Assembly (NCBI GenBank): GCA_902796125.1
Contig: CADBNT010000064.1
Coordinates: forward strand, 698-64,697
Length of the DNA: 64,000 bases
Origin: an uncultured Erysipelotrichaceae bacterium
GTDB taxonomy: Bacteria; Bacillota_I; Bacilli_A; RFN20; CAG-826
Direction of reading: 5' to 3'
Every line of letters starts with the position of its first letter. The stretch's first letter is position 1. The notes under the pieces are model-generated. The model saw only the letters and a program-made list of their open reading frames with translations, did no database searches and was not told where the DNA came from. Shown here one piece after another: positions 1 through 8,006 of this stretch. The position numbers were made by a program, and so were the translations under genes.

Positions 1-1327
1 CAAACATCGTATCGCTTGAAGCTTTACGTTCGTTGAAGGTTTCGTATTGTAAAGTAACGAATGTCTTTCTGTTGGCGTGATGGATTTCGTTCTTCGGTGA
101 GGAACGATATGTCGCTGCGACAATGCCAGAAAGAAGTAACACGAAGTGATATGTAGCGACACGCCAAATAATTTGAGCAGCAGTCGTAACTGGTTGAGAT
201 ACAAAGTAATTAGCAAAAATGATGTTAAAGAAGTATTCGGAAATACCAGCAGTACCTGGAATTGGAATAAGTCCTGCCATCATTTGGTGATAACTTGATA
301 AGAAGACGCCTTTGAAGAAACTAGCGATATCAGGTTGGCCTAAGCTTTGAGCGATTTGATATTGCCCTGCTCCATCAACGATAACGTGTTGAATAACTAA
401 AGAGCCATCTGGGTTGACGCAGTTTCCGTATCCATTAAGAGCAAGGCCAGCAAAGAATGGAATTGAGAAACGAATCATTAAGATAAGAGAGAAACAAAGA
501 ATCATCAAAATGAAAATTGGAATATTTGATAAAAGACGACGAAGTTCAATCTTGAAGTTTTCGACTTGAATACGAAGTGATTCTCTAGTTTCATCTGGTT
601 TTCTTAAGATCCTAATTTTTCCTAAAAAGCCAATAACATAGTGAAGGATAAAGTTATGGAACTTATGAGAATAAGACATTAAGAAAAGTAGAAGAATTAC
701 GGAGATATTAAGTAAAAAGCCCGCGATTGTAAGTGGAATTGGAGAAATTCTAATGACGTTTTCACCGATAGTGATATTGAATGTACCAACACTAGCAATA
801 AGATCGCCATTGAAGATAATACCAACCGCACCAATGATGATTAAACAAATCTGGTAAACGATGAAACTCATGACCATGATCGATGCCGCGCTTGATGGTT
901 CAACACCTTGTTTTTTCATGGTGTAGACTTGCATGATTTGTCCACCTGATGCACCAGGAGTAATACCGCTATAGAAAGCACCGATAATAGATGTAGCGAA
1001 GCCTTGATGGTATTTATATTTACGAGTATAGAGTCTAGAGAATACGAAGATGGTAAAACCATCAATCATATATGAAAGAATAACTAAACCAGCGATGACT
1101 AAAATCCATTTAAAGTCCGCATGACTAAGAGCTTTAATAATTCCATTAAGGTCGTCTTTAAGAGAAAAGAAGAGGGCTAAGCCCGTTAAAACCATGATGA
1201 TAAGAAAATAAGCAAGGAATTTAAGTTTTCCTTTTTTCTTGCTCTTAGTTTCGTCGTTTTGAGGAGCGTTACCAGCTATCTCATCGACGCTTTCTAGTTC
1301 AATAGTTTCGTTATTTTCTTTAGACAT
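1..1327 (-). CDS. Integral membrane protein, flippase-like / lysyl-phosphatidylglycerol-synthase-TM (UPF0104) family; 3' end lies outside the window
   Basis: ATG at 1327..1325 on the minus strand. Hand translation gives MSKENNETIELESVD..., followed by many hydrophobic helices and a GITPGASGGQ motif typical of the LPG_synthase_TM/UPF0104 family. The ORF runs off the window start, so the track omits it. Confidence 0.45.
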   Translation of the reverse strand, partial: MSKENNETIELESVDEIAGNAPQNDETKSKKKGKLKFLAYFLIIMVLTGLALFFSLKDDLNGIIKALSHADFKWILVIAGLVILSYMIDGFTIFVFSRLYTRKYKYHQGFATSIIGAFYSGITPGASGGQIMQVYTMKKQGVEPSSAASIMVMSFIVYQICLIIIGAVGIIFNGDLIASVGTFNITIGENVIRISPIPLTIAGFLLNISVILLLFLMSYSHKFHNFILHYVIGFLGKIRILRKPDETRESLRIQVENFKIELRRLLSNIPIFILMILCFSLILMIRFSIPFFAGLALNGYGNCVNPDGSLVIQHVIVDGAGQYQIAQSLGQPDIASFFKGVFLSSYHQMMAGLIPIPGTAGISEYFFNIIFANYFVSQPVTTAAQIIWRVATYHFVLLLSGIVAATYRSSPKNEIHHANRKTFVTLQYETFNERKASSDTMF

Positions 1328-1390
1328 ATCTTAAAGTTAACAAGTTAATTCTAACATATTAACTACGAAATATATATTCTTATTACACGC

Positions 1391-1430
1391 ATAAAGAAAA
1401 CTAGTGATGAACGTATTGAACACCACTAGT
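1391..1430 (-). terminator. Candidate rho-independent terminator after galK
   Basis: Inverted repeat ACTAGTG (1400-1406) / CACTAGT (1424-1430) with a 17-nt loop. On the minus transcript it is followed by UUUUCUUU. It lies between the galK stop and the next gene start. Confidence 0.4.
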
Positions 1431-1437
1431 GATTTCT

Positions 1438-2577
1438 TTAGTTTATTTTTGAAACGCCATTTACTATTTTTATTTCGAATACATCTGGTTTTAAACCAGT
1501 TAATTCTAAATATCTAGTAGTAACTCTTTTCTTAAATTTCGGGAAATATTCTTTTTCGATTAAAGCAATCGCGCAGCCACCGAATCCAGCGCCTGTCATT
1601 CTCGCACCAATCGCACCAGAATCTTTGCAAGCTTGGAACAATGAATCAAGATGGAAGCCAGTAACTTCATAATCATCTTTTAAAGAAAGATGTGATTCAT
1701 CGAGTATCTTACCTAATTCAAGGATATTTCCTTCATCTAAAGCAAGTAAGAAGCGATTAACTCTATCAACTTCGGTGACGACATGTTTCACTCTTCGATA
1801 CAAGACATCATCATAGAGAATTACTTTCGCATTATTTAATTGATCGACACTTAAATCAACAAGCTTGTCGATTTTATAAACTTTCTTTAATGTCGATAAT
1901 GCTTTCTCACATTCCTCTACTCTTTCGTTATATTTAGATTCCACTAAACTACGCGGTTTATTGGATTTTAAAACAACGAATTCATAGTTACCTAAATTAA
2001 CATCATGATAGGTATAGGTGAACAAATTACAATCAAGAAGCATTCCTGAGTCTTTTTCACCTAAAGCAATGATAGCTTGATCCATGATTCCACTTTTTAA
2101 GTGGAGATAATCATTTTCCACTGCTTTAGCTATCAATGTAATCTCTTTTCGATCTAGATTAAATTTATAAATATCGCTTATTAAAAAGACCGTTAAATCA
2201 AGTAAGGCTGCAGAAGAGGAAAGACCAGATCCAACTGGTATTTCACTTTCATAATAAATGTTTAGTCCAAATGGGAATTTATATCCTTTCTTAGAGAGAA
2301 TATAGAACGCTCCAAGAGGATATTTTTCCCAACGCATTTTTTCGTCAAAATCTAAATTATCTAGACTATGAACTTTTAAATCTTTTCCTTTGGAAAATAA
2401 ATGAAGTTCTTTGTCTTTTCTAGTTGAGACATACGCTGTTATATATTTGTCGATAGCACATGGAAAAACTTTTCCACCGTTATAATCGATATGTTCTCCA
2501 ATAAGATTTATTCTGGCTGGAGCCTTATAGGTATGCTCAATATCACTTTTAAAGATTTCACGAAATAATGTGTTCAT
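1438..2577 (-). CDS. galK: Galactokinase (GHMP kinase)
   Basis: N-terminal PARINLIGEHIDYNGG galactokinase signature and a GHMP ATP-binding motif PVGSGLSSSAA. 379 aa. Confidence 0.9.
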   Translation of the reverse strand: MNTLFREIFKSDIEHTYKAPARINLIGEHIDYNGGKVFPCAIDKYITAYVSTRKDKELHLFSKGKDLKVHSLDNLDFDEKMRWEKYPLGAFYILSKKGYKFPFGLNIYYESEIPVGSGLSSSAALLDLTVFLISDIYKFNLDRKEITLIAKAVENDYLHLKSGIMDQAIIALGEKDSGMLLDCNLFTYTYHDVNLGNYEFVVLKSNKPRSLVESKYNERVEECEKALSTLKKVYKIDKLVDLSVDQLNNAKVILYDDVLYRRVKHVVTEVDRVNRFLLALDEGNILELGKILDESHLSLKDDYEVTGFHLDSLFQACKDSGAIGARMTGAGFGGCAIALIEKEYFPKFKKRVTTRYLELTGLKPDVFEIKIVNGVSKIN

Positions 2578-2579
2578 TA

Positions 2580-4013
2580 TTATCTTCCTTTAACTGCTAG
2601 TTTAACGCATTCATAGCCACCATCATAGTAGCCAGTGGCTTTAAGTCTAGTAATTTCATCTGCCATATGGGCGATGATTTCTCTATCCAAGATAAGTCTA
2701 TCAAGCATTTCATTTGCAGATTTCTTATCTGGACATTCCCAAGTCGCATCACCAAATTCTCTTCCGTGGATTGCGCCATAAACTTCATGACCACCAATAT
2801 GTCTCATGAATAATTTTGGAATTGGATAATAGACGAGTTCACTTGGTTTTGTGACTAATAAGTCACATACAGGCATAAGTAAGTTTGTAGAATAAACTGC
2901 TTCAAAGATGTTTTTGTTATAGATGCAATAGACACCATGAACATCTTCTTTAGCCATCTTGTCTTTAAGTTCTTTGAGTTTTTCATATTCATCAAAGAAG
3001 GTATTACATTCTAGCTTACCGAGTTTAGCAAGCATCTTTTCATAAACATTCTTATGATCACCAAAGTTAATAAATAAAGCGACTTTATTTTCATTAACAT
3101 ATGGAAGAAGATGTTTTACCATCTCTAAGAATTGCTTAAAGCCTGCACCTGCTCCTCCTACAGTAAGAAGGATACGGATAGCTTTGTTGTTGAGTGCTCT
3201 ATCTTTACGAGCTTCATTATCCTTTTCAAGGTTTACAAGAAGTTCATGGTCAACATAGCAGCCAACCATCTTTAAATCTTTTTCATCTAAACCCTTTAAA
3301 GGTTTTTTATCAAAACCATTGAGCATCTTGTAACCAAGATAAGCGAATGGAGTTTGAACGGTATGGATACTTCCTTCCGCAAGATGTAGACCCATTGGCC
3401 AGTTATCTGGAATAGCGTTTACAACGTGAGTAAGTCCAGCATGCACTGCTCCTTGAGCAGGCCAAACGTGAGTGGCGATATATGGAACATCTTTATCTAA
3501 GCATTCAAAGATAGGAACAAGAAGTTCACTGTTTCTTTGATCTTTCGCGTTATAGGAAATCTTTTTAAAACCTTCGGAGTTAAGTGGTTCCCAAACAATC
3601 TTGTTAAAGAGTTTTGATTTTTGGGAAATGCGTGAGGCAAGTGAATATAAATCATTTTGTTCACGAATCACCTTACTTCCAGTTGCATCAAAGCTAGCGA
3701 GGTCTAACCAATATGGCTTATAGCCAAGAGCTCTAGCACAGCTTGCCATAGCGATGGAAATTCGGTAATGACCAAATCCCATACGGATATTGCCAACGAT
3801 GAGTGCTTTTTTATCAAGTGGTTCAACCTTGTCTTTAAATACAAGATTATCTGCACCAATGAAATCTAAAGTCTTAATTGGTTCGAAGCCAAGCTTATAG
3901 TGAGCGTTTGAATCATCACCATATTTCTTGATGAATTTCTTTTTGGATTTATTTGCACCTTTGATAACCTTCTTAAGTTGAGCGTTACCAAAAATAACAG
4001 ATGTTTTATCCAT
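2580..4013 (-). CDS. GT-B glycosyltransferase, GT28 MGDG-synthase / UgtP-like (diacylglycerol hexosyltransferase-like)
   Basis: Motifs align to UgtP/MGDG synthases: IVGNIRMGFGHYRI (like G-x-G-H), LLTVGGAGAGFKQF (like ILMSAGAFG), and LLVTKPSELVYYPIP...GHEVYGA (like LMITKPGG...E). 477 aa. It is co-directional with galK and the GPH transporter and is 2 nt from galK. Confidence 0.5.
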   Translation of the reverse strand: MDKTSVIFGNAQLKKVIKGANKSKKKFIKKYGDDSNAHYKLGFEPIKTLDFIGADNLVFKDKVEPLDKKALIVGNIRMGFGHYRISIAMASCARALGYKPYWLDLASFDATGSKVIREQNDLYSLASRISQKSKLFNKIVWEPLNSEGFKKISYNAKDQRNSELLVPIFECLDKDVPYIATHVWPAQGAVHAGLTHVVNAIPDNWPMGLHLAEGSIHTVQTPFAYLGYKMLNGFDKKPLKGLDEKDLKMVGCYVDHELLVNLEKDNEARKDRALNNKAIRILLTVGGAGAGFKQFLEMVKHLLPYVNENKVALFINFGDHKNVYEKMLAKLGKLECNTFFDEYEKLKELKDKMAKEDVHGVYCIYNKNIFEAVYSTNLLMPVCDLLVTKPSELVYYPIPKLFMRHIGGHEVYGAIHGREFGDATWECPDKKSANEMLDRLILDREIIAHMADEITRLKATGYYDGGYECVKLAVKGR

Positions 4014-4044
4014 AGTTATATATCCTTTCTAATAATCAATGTGA

Positions 4045-5583
4045 TTATTCAGGTTCTTTTTCGTTTTCAATAGCTTTTAAGAATTCTTTGTCTTCTTCTT
4101 TAGCGATTGTCTTCATAATCTTCTTTTCTCTATAGAAGAATAAGATGACAGCGCCTAAGACACAGAATGAAACAGCAACTATAGCAACTAAAAGCATTCC
4201 AGCTTTATTAGGGAAAATTTCATCAAAAGAAGAACTTTCATCCTTTAAAGCGATTGCAAGTGATGTGAATAAAATCATTGCTAAGGATTGACCAAACTTC
4301 ATAGCAAATGTACGAGCAGCGAAGAACATACCTTCTCTATTTTCACCAGTGGTCTTTGCTTCAGCTTCGGCAACGTCAGCAATAATAGATTGAGGAATAA
4401 TTCCAAGAAGTGCCATTGGAAGTGCAGATAATACCATGATTGCAATTCCAAAGACCCAGCTAATAGCATTTGCGCCACCTTCTTGAGGGCAAACACCTGG
4501 AATAGATGAAATAGCAGCAATTGCATAGCAAAGTGCTAATCCAAAGAAACCAGCAATAACGAGTTTCTTTTTACCCCAGTTCTTAACGAACTTAGTAACG
4601 AATGGATAGAAAACGGCAGCCAAAACAGACATGCCACCCATAAAGAGCATTGTCATTCCAGCATCAAATCCCATAGAAATACGTACAAAGTATGGCAAGC
4701 CAGTTTGGAACATTGTTAAGCCAACCCAATACATAATGTCAGAAGCGGAAAATACTCTGAAATCTTTGTTCTTGAATGTTGAAGTTAAAGATTTGAAAAC
4801 ATTTTCGTTTGATGGTTTTGGATCAATAAAATCTGTTTCCTTTAATAAGAATGTTGGAAGAAGCATTGCTACAAGAGCAATAACTGCTAAAAGAATAAAG
4901 CAAACACGGAAAGACCATGCAAATGCTAATGAATCATTTAAGCCAAGATTCTGCAAAATACCTGTAACTAATTTTGGAGAATAAGTTGCAGTCTCTGCAT
5001 CATAACTTACGCCAGCAAGGACGAATGGTAAATATGCAAATAATGTACCAAATAAATATGTGAATGAAATAGAAGTTGAAATGAACATTCTATCTTCTTG
5101 GTTTTGACCAAATTCAGAAATAAGGGCATTGTAAGGGGTGCAATACATTGTCATGAATAAGTAGAATAAAACAATCATGACAGAGACCCAAAGGATGTTA
5201 ACCCAGCCAAATTGAGAACTTTGATCACCAAAGTCAATACAGAAAAGTAAAACGGTTGTTACCGCAAATGGAACAGCAGCAATTTGCATAAATGGAATGC
5301 GGCGTCCTCTTTTGTTTTTACTTCTATCAGATAAAGAAGCGATAAGTGGATCTGTAACAGCATCAAAAATACGGCTAAGAGCTGTTATAAGACCAAGAAC
5401 AGTCATAAATCCACCAATGGCTAATCCTGGAATAATGAACTGCACACCGCTAAATTGGTAGTCTGTTCCGGTTGGCATAAAAAATGTAACCAACCAAGCG
5501 GAAATAATTCCACCGAGAAGAGACCAACCAAATTGGCCTAATGCGAAGATCATCATTTGCTTTTTAGTTAAGCGTTTTTTCAT
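4045..5583 (-). CDS. MFS transporter, GPH (glycoside-pentoside-hexuronide:cation symporter) family
   Basis: 512 aa with about 12 predicted TM helices. The N-terminus MKKRLTKKQMMIFALGQFGWSL... is typical of MelB/GPH permeases. Confidence 0.8.
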   Translation of the reverse strand: MKKRLTKKQMMIFALGQFGWSLLGGIISAWLVTFFMPTGTDYQFSGVQFIIPGLAIGGFMTVLGLITALSRIFDAVTDPLIASLSDRSKNKRGRRIPFMQIAAVPFAVTTVLLFCIDFGDQSSQFGWVNILWVSVMIVLFYLFMTMYCTPYNALISEFGQNQEDRMFISTSISFTYLFGTLFAYLPFVLAGVSYDAETATYSPKLVTGILQNLGLNDSLAFAWSFRVCFILLAVIALVAMLLPTFLLKETDFIDPKPSNENVFKSLTSTFKNKDFRVFSASDIMYWVGLTMFQTGLPYFVRISMGFDAGMTMLFMGGMSVLAAVFYPFVTKFVKNWGKKKLVIAGFFGLALCYAIAAISSIPGVCPQEGGANAISWVFGIAIMVLSALPMALLGIIPQSIIADVAEAEAKTTGENREGMFFAARTFAMKFGQSLAMILFTSLAIALKDESSSFDEIFPNKAGMLLVAIVAVSFCVLGAVILFFYREKKIMKTIAKEEDKEFLKAIENEKEPE

Positions 5584-5607
5584 CTAAATGAAACCTCCTA
5601 ATTTATA

Positions 5608-6210
5608 TTATTTGAGACGATATAATATCGTATCAATTAATACCTCAATTTCTCGACCTTTATCGAGTGATTTATCTTGGGTAATAATATCTTTATCTGC
5701 TAGTTTCTTGCATAAGCCAAGTAAGGCGTGAGTAGTAGCAAAATAAAAGTTATCGATGTTATCCATCTTTTTGATAGTGCCATCTTTAAGTCCAAGATCA
5801 TATGCTTCAAAGAAGATATCTTTAAAGACATCGATACCTTCTTCGTAAGAAGAAATATTCTCTGTTCTATTAGTTAATATAAAAGCATCAAATTCATTGA
5901 TGAACTTATAATATCTTGGATTATCTTTATAAATAGATAAGAAGGATTTATAGAACTTCTCTATCTTTTCATATCCAGTCTTACAATTAGATAGATTGTA
6001 ATATCCGCTTAGCATCTTAGTTTGAAGATATCTAGCAACAGATAAAACAATATTGTACTTAGTATCAAAATGACGATAAATGGTAGCCTCGCCAACACCA
6101 AGATGGGTTGCGATATCCTTTATCGTCACTTCATTAATAGACTTATTTAGAAAAAGCTTTGCAGTTTCTTCTGCCATAACAACTTCTTGAGCGTGTTGGA
6201 ATAAGTTCAT
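5608..6210 (-). CDS. TetR/AcrR-family transcriptional regulator
   Basis: N-terminal HTH TIKDIATHLGVGEATIYRHFDTK. 200 aa. It heads the transporter–GT–galK gene string. Confidence 0.85.
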   Translation of the reverse strand: MNLFQHAQEVVMAEETAKLFLNKSINEVTIKDIATHLGVGEATIYRHFDTKYNIVLSVARYLQTKMLSGYYNLSNCKTGYEKIEKFYKSFLSIYKDNPRYYKFINEFDAFILTNRTENISSYEEGIDVFKDIFFEAYDLGLKDGTIKKMDNIDNFYFATTHALLGLCKKLADKDIITQDKSLDKGREIEVLIDTILYRLK

Positions 6211-6224
6211 AGATGTTCTCCAAT

Positions 6225-6241
6225 TGATAGGTCGACTATCA
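6225..6241. promoter_or_regulatory. Candidate TetR operator palindrome TGATAG-N5-CTATCA
   Basis: 6-bp inverted half-sites located 15-31 nt upstream of the TetR start codon (minus strand), just beyond a GGAGAA RBS. A second TGATAG half-site on the opposite strand lies near 6264-6274. Confidence 0.3.
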
Positions 6242-6335
6242 TTTTGAAATACCGTCTATCACTATTAAAACTTATTTAAAAAATAATGTCAAAAGAAAAT
6301 AAAAGAGTGATGGATGTACACCACTCTATTATTGA

Positions 6336-8006
6336 TTATAATGAAGCAATTAATGCATCAACGAAGTCGGTACCTTCTGTACCATCTTCATGAATGACAA
6401 TTAAGGAGTTAAGTTGACTCCAATATGCGCCTTGATGATTGTTCATAGTCGCATGGAGTAATGTTGCATTCATACGTCCATTGTCTTCGTACTTCATGAA
6501 CATATCTTTTTCATGCATATCATCAAGGGAGCTAACTATCTTACTTCCTACATGTTTTCCAAGTTCAACTGTGTCAAATAAACTTGTATCAATGTTTCCG
6601 ATTTTGATAAAGACTTTACTCTTTAAGTTTTCTAATTCGCCTTTATCCTTTCTTAAGGCTTTAACCATCTTATCTTTAATAATACGAATATATTCGTAGT
6701 TAGTAAGATACTTATTACCTCTCCAATAAAGTTCAACAGCTTTCGTGCTATTGTAAACTTTATCTAAGTAATAGAAATATTGATCATCTTTATTAAGACC
6801 ACCAAAGCCTTCTACAAATGGTGTAAACATCATTCTAAAAGCTTTGTCATTCTCAGTTCCAAGATAGATAAGCATTTCATTTTCAATAGAGCCATAACCA
6901 GAAGATTTGATTGTTGCTTTTTGACTCTTAATCTTTTCAGCAAAATCATATCTAAATTTACTGACATCATCTTGAGCCATGTAGTCTTTACTAAACTCAA
7001 TCATATTTGTCGCACATAAATAAATATATTTATGATTAATGATAACTACACCGCTTTGAGATGCAGCGTTACCAGCAATGCCGTTGTAATTAACGCCATC
7101 TAAATTTGCAGATGAAGAGAAAACACCGTATTCATTTTCATTACCTTCAGAATCGAGATAGTATCTAGCCGTGCCAATTTTTAAGTGGTACATATCGGCA
7201 GCAGACTTGCCATCATATGAAATCCACTTACAAGGGTGATAGTCTAGATAATCTCCAACAGTCTTACCTGCTAAGGCTGGAATATCAACACAGCTTTCGC
7301 TTAAAACTGAGTTGAAGTATGTTGCGGCAGGTATTTCTGTACCATAGTTAGAGTAGCCATCTAATTGAGAGATAACGTTGACTTTAATACCTAGTTTAGC
7401 TGCAAAGGTTAATAGATAAGAAAAACGAACAAATCCATCACGATCAATTGGTTCATCGGGCATCGATTTCATTGTTCCAAAGTATTCGCTACTTCTAACA
7501 ACGTTCACGCCAGCGATAATAGAGAGGCGGAATGAAACAACAGAGATTTCATTTTCAACTTCAGGATGAGCGATTTTATGTTGAATTGCTTGATAAAGCA
7601 AAACACCTAACGCGACGTTTGGATGATTAATATTTGCATCTGATGAATTGTATAAAATATCAGCCTTAACATCTTTGCCATTAATGTTATGGAAAACCTT
7701 TTGATGATGAGAGACAAAGTTGTTTGGTGATTCAACGTGTGAATATTGACTGTAATATGGGAAATCAACTTCTTTATTTAAGAAGTAGTCATATTCTGTT
7801 TCATTCGCGGTAAGTGATCTTAAGAAGTCTTGGATATCACTACTAACAGAAACAGTTTTAAAAACTTGTTTTTGTTCATCATTTTTAATCTCTAAAACTT
7901 CTGGAGAGTCTTTAATGATTTTTAATTCACTCTTGATGTTTGAACAACCGGTTAAACAAAGCATCAAGGTTGAGCATAAAACGACTTGTTTAGTTAACTT
8001 TCTCAT
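6336..8006 (-). CDS. Lipoprotein of unknown function (556 aa)
   Basis: Signal peptide with lipobox LTGC (MRKLTKQVVLCSTLMLCLTGCSN). Its end overlaps the upstream gene by 4 nt (ATGA). I recognise no catalytic motif. Confidence 0.6.
   Translation of the reverse strand: MRKLTKQVVLCSTLMLCLTGCSNIKSELKIIKDSPEVLEIKNDEQKQVFKTVSVSSDIQDFLRSLTANETEYDYFLNKEVDFPYYSQYSHVESPNNFVSHHQKVFHNINGKDVKADILYNSSDANINHPNVALGVLLYQAIQHKIAHPEVENEISVVSFRLSIIAGVNVVRSSEYFGTMKSMPDEPIDRDGFVRFSYLLTFAAKLGIKVNVISQLDGYSNYGTEIPAATYFNSVLSESCVDIPALAGKTVGDYLDYHPCKWISYDGKSAADMYHLKIGTARYYLDSEGNENEYGVFSSSANLDGVNYNGIAGNAASQSGVVIINHKYIYLCATNMIEFSKDYMAQDDVSKFRYDFAEKIKSQKATIKSSGYGSIENEMLIYLGTENDKAFRMMFTPFVEGFGGLNKDDQYFYYLDKVYNSTKAVELYWRGNKYLTNYEYIRIIKDKMVKALRKDKGELENLKSKVFIKIGNIDTSLFDTVELGKHVGSKIVSSLDDMHEKDMFMKYEDNGRMNATLLHATMNNHQGAYWSQLNSLIVIHEDGTEGTDFVDALIASL

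Noticed and set aside
2597-2797. 66-aa minus-strand ORF nested inside the GT28-like gene
   Set aside because: It lies fully inside a longer, motif-supported ORF in another frame. Low-complexity translation with no RBS.
2580-4013. Considered calling this galT (type-2 galactose-1-P uridylyltransferase) because of its size and galK adjacency
   Set aside because: No similarity to type-2 GalT sequence features. Instead it has GT-B/MGDG-synthase motifs (GFGH, GGAGAG, KPSE...E).
4299-4984. Small ORFs (75 aa minus, 117 aa plus) inside the GPH transporter gene
   Set aside because: Antisense or alternative-frame artefacts of an AT-rich membrane-protein gene.
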